Assembly (NCBI GenBank): GCA_951406725.2
Contig: OX597818.1
Location: forward strand, 51,274,001 to 51,338,000
From: Octopus vulgaris
Lineage: Eukaryota
Length of the DNA stretch: 64,000 nt
Reading direction: 5' to 3'
Each line of letters opens with the position of its first letter. The stretch's first letter is position 1. Below are positions 12,640-25,152 of this stretch, piece by piece. The position numbers and the translations under genes are program-made. A model generated the notes under the pieces. It was given only the letters and a program-made list of their open reading frames with translations, was not told the origin of the DNA and made no database searches.

Positions 12640-13035
12640 ATCTGTGTTTACGTTCTGATTCTAATTCCGCCAAGGCTGACTTTACCTTTCATCCTTTCAG
12701 GGTCAATAAATTAAGTACCTATTTCTTTACTACCCACAAGTGGCTAAACAAGGACAGAGAAACGGATTAAGTCGATTATATCGACACCAGTGCGTAACTG
12801 GTACTTAATTTATCGACTCCAAAGGGATGAAAGGCAAAGTCGACCTCAGCGGAATTTGAACTCAGAACGTAACGGCAGATGAAAAACGACTATGCATTTC
12901 GCTCGGCGTGCTAACGTTTCTGCTAGCTTGCCGCCTTAAATAAATTAAGTACCAGTTGCATACTGGGGTCGATCTAATCGACTGCCCCTCTCCCCAAAAA
13001 TTTTGGGCCTTGTGCCTCGAGTAGAAAAGAATATT
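12640..13035. mobile_element. SINE B (minus) nested in SINE B (plus)
   Basis: The inner copy at about 12720-12938 is flanked by a 15-bp TSD AATAAATTAAGTACC. Confidence 0.75.
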
Positions 13036-13123
13036 TCAAGGAACAGAAATAAAAAAAAAGAGAATATACTGATAAATATTTTAATAAAATCAGAAAACCC
13101 AAGCTTGAAATATTTCTGTCAAT

Positions 13124-16100
13124 CTAGAAACAGACAGAGAATTTGCAGGAAGTCTCCGTTAGACATCTTACAGGTAACAAAGTATAAAGTGGAGTACACA
13201 AAGCTTTGAGTACATTTTGTAATTTTGAGTCCAATTCAGTGTAGTCAAAAAAATCTTTGCAGAAGAAAACCTTAATTGTTGGAATATCATCCCAAGTTGT
13301 ATTCATGTCTTTGACTAAGTTGTTAATAACAGTAAAAAGTTCGCTTAACATTGTGTCTTTTGAAATGGAATCAGTTGAGAATGTATCAGTTATTAAAACA
13401 GAACCTTTAAAGCCTGAGATTTTACTGCATTCATGAATGCGATATTCTAAATGGAGCCTGCCACATGTAATGGTATGTTCCTGCTTTTTGATATCACTTT
13501 GTTCAGTTAAGACTGCTCTACAATCCCATTCAATATGAGCATTCTTGGGTAAACCAGATAAAACAACAAACTGTATTATTGGACTCAGTTCAGAACTAAA
13601 AGCATCTTCATCCAAGCACAACATTCGCTCCCATTCATCTTTCGCCACTTGAAGGAATGTTTGGTCTCTAATATAACAAATGCACAAAGCAATATTCTGG
13701 AAAGTACATTCTCCATGCATAGCTTTTAGTATTCGGTGTACGTGTCTTAAAGATAGTCTGGCTTCAGTTTTAATACAAAACGGTTCTAGAAGCTTCATCG
13801 TTGCTGGACAGAGCCCTATTTGTCCAGCAACAAAAAGGTCCGTGTTAATTTTCACTGCTTGGCTATACGGTCCTATGTTTGCTGGAGCCCAGTGTGAAAG
13901 GCTTTGCACGTGCATGGAATGCCTATCAGGATGTTGTATTTGAGAGCTACCTGCAACATCCATCTTCAAAAGTACATTTGACGGTAAATCCATTTCGACA
14001 CAAACACGAACCGGAGGGTTAGGTCCAAAATATTTCTTATAAATACTATTAATCACACTATAAGTTTCCATATTTTTTACATATAAATGTACAGAGTAAA
14101 TATTTTTGAAAGTAGGAGAAATTTTACAGAGAGACAGTGATTCTTTTAGAGAACCCATCACTTGCTGGCTTGCTGCTTCTACATCTCTTCCACAGCCAAC
14201 AAGGTTAGCAATCCAAAAATATTCATTGGATTCTTTGATTAAAGGCGGTTTAATTTCCACTGAAGCAAGATTTTCAGCAACACGGTTCTCTTGTGATTTA
14301 TCAAACTGCAAGCTCTCTTGCTCTTCAACAGAAAAGAGTTCATCAATTAGGAATTTACTGGATTTCATTGACAAATCTGCCAGAGACTGATCTATACCAT
14401 CTTTTACTTCGAGATGCAGAGACTTGAAACTTATATAGCCTACTGGGGCAAAAGCATCATCCGAATGGCATACAATTTCACTATCATCAACGAGTATTTT
14501 TTTCTTGAACAATGGGCAATCAAGCGTGAAGGTTTCATACTCTCCGCCTTCACCACAAACATTTAATCCATACTTTTGGTGAAGCTGGATCATACTTGGA
14601 TAAATCTCTTTCAACGAAAGTCTAAGGTGTTTCTCCGGCATCAGTCCCATAGCTGCGACTTTGATAATAATTGCATCTACTTTTGCATCGATCATTTCAG
14701 CAAGGAGTTCTTGTTGGTCTCGCCGCCACAGATAAGCAAGTACGGTCAGTCCAAGTCGACTACAGACGTTTTCGACACGAACACGTTGGTAATCTGAAAG
14801 TATAGCTCCCACCGATACGGCATCTACTTCTTCAACTTCTTCCATTACCAATTTTAAGAGATTGTACAAGTCTTCCACTTCATCTCCTTCGGTCAGGTCA
14901 TAATCTCTGTCTGTTCTCTTGGAGTTTCCTTCTATGGTTCTCCGGAACAATGGTACTTCCATAGCTTTACCATACAAATCAATAGCATGATGACCAACAG
15001 TCTGTAATGAGAAACAGTAGCTATGTTACAAAGAGTTTTGTGTGTGTGTGTGTGTGTGTAATCATCATCATCATCATTTTAAGGACCACTTTTCTATGTC
15101 TGCATGGGTCAGAGAGAGTTTATGGAAATACATTTCTTATAGCTGGATGCCCTCCCTGTTTCCAAGCAAAGTAATATTTTCCCATAACCAACATCTTCTC
15201 ACAGAATATTAGAAATGAATGCCACTGCTTGTATGATTGTCACAATAATTTTACAATTAAGTAACATCTTAAAAACACAAACACAGAGTTTATCATGGAA
15301 TAATAAATGATCAGTGCGTTGAACAAAAATATCTTGTGGTATTTTGTTCCCCCTTAGGTTATGTACTCCTCTCTCCCTTTCGGAGAGGCACTGAGCACCT
15401 ACACACACATGGCAGTAACTTCCGCCTACCGAATTCAATCACAAAGCTCCGGTTGGCTCGGGGCTACAGTAGAAGACACCTGCCCAAAGTGCCACGCAGT
15501 GGGACTGAACCCAAAACCATGTAGCTAGGAAGCAAGCTCCCTAACCACACAGCCATGCCTGTGCCTACTACCATTACGCTCAATTAACTTTGCATTTTGT
15601 CCCTTAGGAAGTCGATAATAAAACTACCAGACCAAGTCCAGCAAGCCAATATAATCAACTAAAATCTTTTAAATGTAGACCCAGCATGGCCATGATCCAA
15701 CGACTGAAACCATTAAAATCATCATCATCATCATCCAGTGCTTTCAATCCAGGTTTTGTCCCCATTAACAGGGGTGTCCAGATCTGCCATGATGCCATAG
15801 CAACCGAGGTAGGCAGGTGCAGCACACCCCAACCTTTGGGCTGGCTGGCTGGCTGGTGCCCATTCTCCTTTGCTATCCTGAGGCTTTTTTGGAGATGGAT
15901 TTTCTATGGGGAGCATGCCCCTGCTTACCCCCAATTTCAGTTTCTAGACATGAGTGGTCCCAAGACCAAGGCCTCTCTACCACAATTTTTAAGAAATGTA
16001 GTGGAAAACTAGCTCAGGAAGGCAGGGATGCTACGACTGGAGCCTAGTGCAGCCTCCTGGCTTCCCAGACCCCGGTCGAGCTGTCCAACCTATGCTAGCA

Positions 16101-17556
16101 TGGAAAACAGACGTTAAACGATGATGATGATGATGAAAAAGGCTGCAAAACAGTTGTAATCCTAAGAATGTCAAGTGATTAAATAAATACATACACCTCT
16201 TATACCTCCTGACTCTTTATAGATATATATATATATATATATATATATATCAAATCAATATCATTTAATGTCCATTTTCCAAGCTGGCATGGGTTGGACA
16301 GTTTGACTGAAAACTGGGGACCTGCACCAGGTTTCAATCTGATTTGGCATAATTTCTATGGCTGGATGCACTTCCTAACATCAACCACTCCAAGAGTGTA
16401 GTAAGCGCCCTTCATATGAATTCCAGAGCCCTCCTACCAGAAAAAAGAAGTTAGAAAAATATTAATTGTATGTAATACTCTTCTGTATTAAAATCAGATG
16501 CTAAACTACTCCTCCCACTCTTTTTCTGACTTCTACACAGGAAGCACAACTACATCAGACAATTAATTAATTACAACTGTACTATTATTTAACACAGTCA
16601 AATTTGACACAATTACATTTAGTCATACTAATTAGGTGAATACACTGCTATCCTCACTAACCCTTCCTTACTGTCTCTTTATTATTATGTCCAGAATTGA
16701 ACTAGATTCAAACCAATAAGAGAGCCTCTATGTGTCTTTTGCCCTGCAAGAAACTGCAGCAGAGAAGTCACCCTCAAACCACACCTAACTATCTTAATCA
16801 AAAAAAAAAAACATTCAATAAAACTGTGTAAGGCATGCTGTATTTCAAATATATATTTATAAATTTGCAGTATAAGATATGAATTCAGAGAATTGTGTGG
16901 TTATCACAGAAAGCTCCTCTAATGGACTTAGCTATCAGACCACAGAAAATTAATACAGAGAGGTGTAATGCAAAGTGTCCTTGCAGCTGAAATGCAGAAA
17001 ATCCAATCAATGAAATTACTTCATGAGAAGTATATAAACCATAAAAAGTCAGGAGGCATGAGAGGTGAATCTATTTATTTAACCACTTGACATCATGAGG
17101 ATTACAGCCGATTTTCCGCTTTCTTAATATAATAATAATTTCAGTGTATAATAAATTAGGTTTTCATGTTAATGTAAACATATAAACATTACTTTATTCC
17201 ACACTGAAATTATCATTATGGCACATAAAAAGCACTATCCGAATATGGCTGATGCCAGCGCCACCTTGACTGGCTTCTGTGCCGGTGGCACGTAAAAAGC
17301 ACCAAACAATCATGGCCGTTTCCAGCCTCCCCTGGTACCTGTGCTGGTGGCACGTAAAACACACTCACGGAGTGGTTGGTGTTAGGAAGGGAATCCAGCT
17401 GTAGAAACTCTGCCAGATCAGACTGGAGCCTGGTGCAGCCATCTGGTTTGCCAGTCCTCAGTCAAATTGTCCAACCCATACTAGCATGGAAAACAGACAT
17501 TAAACATATTAAACATTAAACAGACATTAAATATATATATGTCATGGAAAACAGAC

Positions 17557-17588
<32 letters not shown>

Positions 17589-17789
17589 GGAGTGGCTGTG
17601 TGGTAAGTAGCTTGCCTACCAACCATATGGTTCCGGGTTCAGTCCACGTCACCTAGCGGTTCGGCAAAAGAGACCGATAGAATAAGTACTGGACTTACAA
17701 AGAATAAGTCCCAGGATCGAGTTGCTCGACTAAAGGCGGTGCTCCAGCATGGCCACAGTCAACTGACTGAAACAAGTAAGAGTAAAAGA

Positions 17790-17829
<40 letters not shown>

Positions 17830-19507
17830 AATCAACATCATTTAATGTCCATTTTCCAAGCTGGCATGGGTTGGACAGTTTGACTGAAAACTGGTAAACT
17901 GGGGACCTGCACCAGGTTTCAATCTGATTTGGCATAATTTCTATGGCTGGATGCCCTTCCTAACACCAACCACTCCAAGAGTGTAGTAAGTGCCCTCCAT
18001 ATGAATTCTTGTAGATATGACACAAATAAATTGTCCGACGTTCCAAATTGTCACCATGATTTTCTTTTCACTCGCATCCACATATTCTACATATTTTGCG
18101 TGTCAACGGACCCCGTTTGTGAGATCCACAAAGTTCTCATGGTACACAGTCACTTCGTGGGTGTAATGTCGATATCTTCCCTTTCATTCTTATTTACTTT
18201 TTTAAACACACTAAACTAAAAAAAATTACCTAGTACTCTTTTACTTGTTTCAGTTATTTGACTACGGCCATGCTAGAGCACCGCCTTTAGTCGAGCAAAT
18301 CGACCCTAGGACTTATTCTTTGGACGCCTACTACTTATTCTATCGGTCTCTTTTGCATCGGTTGTCAAGCGATGTTGGGGGACAAACACAGACACACAAA
18401 CATATACATATATACAACAGGCTTCTTTCATTTTCCATCTACCAAATCCACTCACAAGGCTTTGGTTGGCGTGAGGCTATAGTAGAAGAGACTTGCCCAA
18501 GGTGTCGCGCAGTGGGACTGAACCCGGAGCCATGTGGTTGTTAAGTTACGGGGACGTAAACACACCACCATCGGTTGTCAAGCGATGTTGGGGGGACAAA
18601 CACAGATACAAATATTTATACACACGCATACATATATATATATACATATATACGACGAGCTTCCTTCATTTTCCATCTACCAAATCCACTCACAAGGCTT
18701 TGGTCGACCCAAGGCTATAGTATTATCACGTGTATATATATTATTTCACTTGTTTTAGCCACTTGACTGCGGCCATGCTGGAACACCGCCTTAAAGGTTT
18801 TTGTTGAAGAAATCGACCCCAGGACTTATTCTTTGTAAACCTAGTACTTATCCTATTGGTCTCCTTTGCTGAACTGCTAATTTGCGAGGGCGTAAACACA
18901 CCAGCATCGGTAGCCGAGGGATAGACACATGCACATGAATATATACATACATATATATACGACGGGCTTCTTTCAGTTTCCGTCTACCAAATCCACTCAC
19001 AAGGCTTTGGTCGGCTCGAGGCTATAGTAGAAGACACTTACCCAAGGTGCCACGCAGTGGGACTGAACCTGGAAGTATGTGGTTGGGAAACAAGCTTTCT
19101 TACCACACAGCCACCCCTGCGCCTATGACATGTGTATAACATACGTGAACACGTGCACAAGGAAACTGTACGGTCGTCCTGCGAGAAATATGAAACGAAT
19201 AACCTTAAAATCATAGCTTCTTGTTTTAAATAATGAATATCAAAAACAGAAAAAAAAGAGATAAATCGGGATGGTCATGGCTAGAATTCCATTGATTATA
19301 AGAGTTTCCGATCGGAGCTGTCTTAGGTTTAAACAACACCACGTGCACTATAAGAAAGAAGTTTACCTGAAACATATAACTATCCATTTCGTCTACATCA
19401 GGTGGTCTTAAATTCGCCAAGGCGACAATTTCGTGGCCTTCGGCCACACATTGCATCATATTATAGGTACTGTCTTTACCACCGCTGATCAAAGCGACAA
19501 CCTTCAT
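13124..19507 (-). CDS. DPH6: Diphthine-ammonia ligase with C-terminal RidA/YjgF-like domains; exons 19507-19367 and 15001-13124; 672 aa
   Basis: MKVVALISGGKDS PP-loop; DSYMFQ|TVGH joined by a phase-0 GT-AG intron; GAILSDYQRVRVENVC, CGEGGEYETFTLDCPLF and HVQSLSHWAPANIGPYSQA motifs. Confidence 0.95.
18001..18165 (-). pseudogene. Merlin (ISXO2/IS1595-like) transposase fragment in the DPH6 intron
   Basis: Manual translation YTHEVTVYHENFVDLTNGV / TQNM*NMWMRVKRKSW*QFGTSDNLFVSYLQEF (one frameshift, two stops) matches the Merlin motif YxHxxVxHxxNFVDPxTGxHTQxIExxWxxxK...YLxEF. Confidence 0.7.
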
Positions 19508-19678
19508 GTTGGTGATCCGTCTGTTTACACCGGAACCAATAATTGCGATGAAAGTAATTTCCCTTTGGTTGAATGGCTAAAGACAGCGACAAAATGCTGT
19601 GAGATATTTGGTTGCTTCCCTTTACGTTCTGAGTTCGAATCCCATTGGGAACGACTTCGATATATATACTGCTCGATT

Positions 19679-20062
19679 AAGGCGGCGAGCTGGCAGAAAC
19701 GTTAGCACGCCGGGCGAAATGCGTTGCGGTATTTCGTCTGCCGTTACGTTCTGAGTTCAAATTCCGCCGAGGTCGACTTTACCTTTCATCCTTTCGGGGT
19801 CGATAAATTAAGTACCAGTTACGCTCTTGGGTCGATGTAATCGACTTAATCCGTTTGTCTGTTCTTGTTTGTCCTCTCTGTGTTTAGCCCCTTGTGAGTA
19901 GTAAAGAAATCTATATATGTATTTTTCATTCTTTATAGAGTGAAATGTGTTCTGGGTTCAAATTCCACCGAGGTCGACTTTGCCTTTCATTTTTTCGGGG
20001 TCGATGAATTAAGTACCAGTTACGCACTGTTTGTTCCCTCTGTGGGAAGTAAAGATATATAT
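19679..20062 (+). mobile_element. Composite SINE B insertion about 170 bp upstream of the DPH6 ATG
   Basis: Full SINE B plus a partial second body, flanked by the direct repeat ATATATACTGCTCGATT. Confidence 0.7.
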
Positions 20063-20853
20063 ATATATATACTGCTCGATTTTGATTTTAATGAATATCT
20101 AATCGACTACTTTTACGTCTAGACATTATGAGTTATGCTTTAAAATGTGAAACGTCTTCTATTTGTATGATTTTGGCACATCAAATATTCAGGATTTGAA
20201 AATAAATAAAGAATTTATAAAAAAGAAACTAAATAAAAGACTCATAACTGTAGTGTGTGTGTGTATGTATGTATGCCCACAAAATGATACGTGAACATTT
20301 GAGAAATTCATTGATATGTACCAGTATCCACCTTTCTCTTTTCTTTAATTTTTTAATTAAATTCCGATATTAAATTCCGATATACACCAACTGAAATGAA
20401 TTTGTAAAAACTTTTCTCTTAAAAATGCCCATTTTTATAAAAGTGATGAGAAAATAAAATTGATTGGGGCTCACTTGTATAGGTATGCTCGAACGGGTCC
20501 CGAATTTTATTTGTAAGAATTTAAATTTCCAAGAGGCTAACGTAGGCTTGGATTAATTATATCCAAAGAATAATTCTTTCTACAATAGGCACATGGCCTA
20601 TTACATCGAACTCTGAGTTTCATTGGGGCTTAATTTCTCGACCCCGAAAGGATAAAAGGCATTCAATAATGCGAGGATATAACAGTGATATCATCTACAA
20701 ATGAAATTGTACGTTTTTTAGAGGCGTGGTAGGTTGAGTACATTAGACGGATTATGAGAGGTTGAGAGACCAAATCCGGCATAACTACAGAATTGATCTT
20801 CACCCACCCCCGTCCGACTTTGTTTTTCCTATAACTTTCTTTAAAATATATCT

Positions 20854-21084
20854 ATTTCTTTACTACCCACAAGGGGCTAAACACAGAGGGTACAAACAAG
20901 GACAGACAAAGGGATTAAGTCGATTACATCGACTCCAGTGCGTAACTGGTACTTAATTGATCGACCTCGAAAGGATGAAAGGCAAAGTCGACCTCGGCGG
21001 AATTTGAACCCAGAACGTAGCGGCAAACGAAATACGACTACGCATTTCGCCCGGCGTGCTAACGTTTCTGCCAGCTCGCCGCCC
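20854..21084 (-). mobile_element. tRNA-derived SINE family B, young copy
   Basis: 20-bp TSD ACTTTCTTTAAAATATATCT (20834-20853, 21085-21104). Confidence 0.85.
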
Positions 21085-21239
21085 ACTTTCTTTAAAATAT
21101 ATCTTTAATGAGACTTTACTGTGATACGTTTTCAAGATTGTTGAGTACAATTGTCTTGAGATATGAAAGAAAAAAACCAAAGATTTTAAAATAAAACAAC
21201 GGGCAAAGGAAATTTACAATAGAGTTTTTATATATTAAA

Positions 21240-21498
21240 AATTGACCAAAATTGAGAGTATGATAGAAGAAGGCGTGTTCTTCATTCCGTAGATGAAAAA
21301 TTCAAATAGGACCATGTTAACACCAAAAATTATTTACATCTAAAAGGTGCCTTTTTTTTCTATGAAAATCCCTATTTTTTACGATTTTTTTACTGCTGTG
21401 TTGCCATTTTTCGGTGTATTTCAATCAGAAAAATGTTCACTTAAAGAAAATAAGCTACATAATGCAAAAATCCGGGCAACAACGGGCAATGCTGCTAG
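21240..21498 (+). mobile_element. Non-autonomous Helitron, 3' part
   Basis: Homologous (reverse complement) to 28129-28426; ends CCGGGCAACAACGGGCAATGCTGCTAG|T. The 5' end was not identified. Confidence 0.7.
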
Positions 21499-21557
21499 TA
21501 CTAAATAAATATATTAAAAAGCTTTAGCTTTAAATGTTTGCAATAAAATTACGATGC

Positions 21558-21629
21558 CTCCCCGGCGGGGAATCGAACCCCGGTCTCCCGCGTGACAGGC
21601 GGGGATACTTACCACTATACTACCGAGGA
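21558..21629 (-). tRNA. tRNA-Asp(GTC)
   Basis: 72-nt TCCTCGGTAGTATAGTGGTAAGTATCCCCGCCTGTCACGCGGGAGACCGGGGTTCGATTCCCCGCCGGGGAG; intact cloverleaf and A/B boxes. Confidence 0.95.
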
Positions 21630-21712
21630 CAGCTGATGAAACCTTTTACTTATAAATATCAAATAAATATATTAAAAAGTTTTAGTTTAAAATCTTTACA
21701 ATAAAATTAAGA

Positions 21713-21731
21713 CGCCGGGCGATGTTGCTAG
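21713..21731 (+). mobile_element. Second Helitron-type 3' terminus
   Basis: CGCCGGGCGATGTTGCTAG|T, matching the terminus at 21480-21498 and at 28129-28146 (-). Confidence 0.55.
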
Positions 21732-21739
21732 TGATAATA

Positions 21740-23188
21740 GGTACTTGTCAATTGTCGTGGTCCCGGTTTTGCACACGCGAATTCGCGCGCGCGCGCGCCA
21801 GACGTAGGTACTCGATACTCGAGATCCTACGAGGTGACTTGCGCATGCGCAGTGCAGAATTCGCGCGTGCGCGTTAACCCCCCCCTAAAAAAAAAGGTGT
21901 TGGATTTCACTAAAAATATATGTGTGTGTGTGTGTGTATATATAACATTTTCAATTTTACACAAAAAAATTACATAGTCGCTTTCCTCGCGGATTTACAG
22001 AGAAATGAATTAATTACTATTTTACAGAATAAAATTAATGAATTAATTATATAAATTAAATAATTCTTGAAAATTAATTAATATTAATAATATTTTTTGA
22101 ACAAAGTAAATAATTTATAAAACTTGGTTAATAATTTTTTTTACACAAACGCGAACGTATATAATTTGTGAAACTTTTTTTTTTTTACAGACGTATATAA
22201 TTTGGTAAACTTAATGAATTAATTTCTTCTCATCATCATCATCGTTTAACGTCCGTTCTCCATGCCAGCATGGGTTGGACGGTTCGACCGGGGATCTGGG
22301 AAGCCAGAAGGCTGCACCAGACTCCAGTCTTATCTGGCAATGTTTCTACAGCTGGATGCCCTTCCTAACGCCAACCACTCCGAGAGTGTAGTGGGTGCTT
22401 TTTACATGCCACGGTCGGATTGGTGCCAGTCGAGGCGGCTCTGGCATCGGCCACGATTCGGATAGTGCTTTTTACGTACCACCAGTCCAGGGGTCCTGGC
22501 ATTTGCCGGGTGCCACACTTGCCCCAACATGTCTTCGCAAGCAAAGGGGGTTGGCATGGGTGCCTGTCGTGGGATGAGGTTCGATATCAACTTCGCTTGC
22601 CTCAACAGGTCTTTGTGTATAAATGTATAAATTTTTCGCACTAAATTCTTTCCGTAGAATTTATAAAAAAACGCGCAAAATTATTCCGTAGACTTTATCA
22701 AATTAAAAAACGCAAAATTAATATATTTTTTGAAATTGCAAATTATTTAGAATATAAAACAAATTAAGTTAAATTTTAAAAATAAATGTCATATACTTAT
22801 ACTCTGTAAGGTGCTGTGTTCACACTTCAATTTACTATTTTCTAGAAATGTTGCTTTTCTAATTGAAACAATTTTTCTCAATCTCCATTTAAAAGTCCAT
22901 AATGCCTCTTGAGCCATATCAAAATGAACAACTTTGAATTACCCGGTGGTGGTGTGAGGTTCTAATTTTTTTTCTGATCTCTCTTTGCCCCCTCTTTATC
23001 TCAGTTGTTCATTCAGCTAATATTTAGAAAAATTTTCGCGCCCAATTTTTGTTGTCGCGGGAAAAGATGAACGATTTAAAATAAATATATCTTAATTGTA
23101 GTGTGAGAAAGTATATATATTCTGATGACAAAATATATTATCTTTCAAAAACATCCCAAATTTATAGACTATATCGTGTAGGTTTAAG

Positions 23189-23223
<35 letters not shown>

Positions 23224-24605
23224 TATAGATATATATATACATATATAGTAGAGAATGAAACATCTTTCATCTGTCTCCCCACCACACCTCCATCTAGGGG
23301 GGGCAAAGAGAGATCAGAAAAAAAATTAGAACCTCACACCACCACCACCACCACCGGGTAATTCAAAGTTGTTCATTTTGATATGGCTCAAGAGGCATTA
23401 TGGACTTTTAAATGGAGATTGAGAAAAATTGTTTCAATTAGAAAAGCAACATTTCTAGAAAATAGTAAATTGAAGTGTGAACACAGCACCTTACAGAGTA
23501 TAAGTATATGACATTTATTTTTAAAATTTAACTTAATTTGTTTTATATTCTAAATAATTTGCAATTTCAAAAAATATATTAATTTTGCGTTTTTTAATTT
23601 GATAAAGTCTACGGAATAATTTTGCGCGTTTTTTTATAAATTCTACGGAAAGAATTTAGTGCGAAAAATTTATACATTTATACACAAAGACCTGTTGAGG
23701 CAAGCGAAGTTGATATCGAACCTCATCCCACGACAGGCACCCATGCCAACCCCCTTTGCTTGCGAAGACATGTTGGGGCAAGTGTGGCACCCGGCAAATG
23801 CCAGGACCCCTGGACTGGTGGTACGTAAAAAGCACTATCCGAATCGTGGCCGATGCCAGAGCCGCCTCGACTGGCACCAATCCGACCGTGGCCGTTGCCA
23901 GCCTCGCCTGGCACCTGTGCGGGTGGCATGTAAAAAGCACCCACTACACTCTCGGAGTGGTTGGCGTTAGGAAGGGCATCCAGCTGTAGAAACATTGCCA
24001 GATAAGACTGGAGTCTGGTGCAGCCTTCTGGCTTCCCAGATCCCCGGTCGAACCGTCCAACCCATGCTGGCATGGAGAACGGACGTTAAACGATGATGAT
24101 GATGAGAAGAAATTAATTCATTAAGTTTACCAAATTATATACGTCTGTAAAAAAAAAAAAGTTTCACAAATTATATACGTTCGCGTTTGTGTAAAAAAAA
24201 ATTATTAACCAAGTTTTATAAATTATTTACTTTGTTCAAAAAATATTATTAATATTAATTAATTTTCAAGAATTATTTAATTTATATAATTAATTCATTA
24301 ATTTTATTCTGTAAAATAGTAATTAATTCATTTCTCTGTAAATCCGCGAGGAAAGCGACTATGTACTTTTTTTGTGTAAAATTGAAAATGTTATATATAC
24401 ACACACACACACACACATATATTTTTAGTGAAATCCAACACCTTTTTTTTTTTTAGGGGGGGGGGGGTTAACGCGCACGCGCGAATTCTGCACTGCGCAT
24501 GCGCAAGTCACCTCGTAGGATCTCGAGTATCGAGTACCTACGTCTGGCGCGCGCGCGCGCGAATTCGCGTGTGCAAAACCGGGACCACGACAATTGACAA
24601 GTACC
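21740..24605. mobile_element. Foldback-type non-autonomous DNA transposon (2866 bp; arms 21740-22992 and 23299-24605; about 305-bp spacer)
   Basis: Near-identical inverted arms starting GGTACTTGTCAATTGTCGTGG; perfect 9-bp TSD GTGATAATA (21731-21739, 24606-24614); no transposase. GG termini and a 9-bp TSD fit Merlin or Mutator. Confidence 0.9.
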
Positions 24606-25079
24606 GTGATAATAATATCAATAGGTCATAATAATGTTATTTCATGCATTTGTTTTGCAAGGTGTGGCTGTGGTGGTTAGGAAATTGCTTCCTAGTCACA
24701 TGGTTTAGTTCCACTGCGTGACAACCCGGGTAAATGCCTTTCAATATAACCCCGGGTTGACTAAAACCTCGTGAGTGGATTTGGTAGATGGAAAATGAAA
24801 GAAATCTGTCACACACACACACATATAGGGTGAAAGGGTTGGTATGTGAAAGCACGTGGTTGGATGTATAAAAAACAAAATAGAAGGAAAAAGCTACAGA
24901 TTTGTATTATATGGTTTAAAAATATATTAAAATCGTCATATTAGGAAAGTAATATAAATGATATAAAACTTTGTGAATAAACAAAATTTCATATCATTTT
25001 CCTAACATGACAATTTTAATATATTTTTTATCATATAATACAAATCTTCTGTAGTTTTTCATTCTGTTTTGTGTGTATA

Positions 25080-25150
<71 letters not shown>

Positions 25151-25152
<2 letters not shown>

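Noticed and set aside
13680-14797. Plus-strand ORFs overlapping DPH6
   Set aside because: Antisense shadows of the real CDS.
19679-19770. tRNA-like heads of SINE families A-D as tRNA genes
   Set aside because: They have A/B boxes but no complete cloverleaf, and continue into dispersed SINE bodies with TSDs.
22262-24073. Mirror-image ORFs on both strands (MPAWVGRFD..., MRKIYTFIH...)
   Set aside because: They arise from the RTE 3'UTR duplicated in the two foldback arms; not a transposase or host gene.
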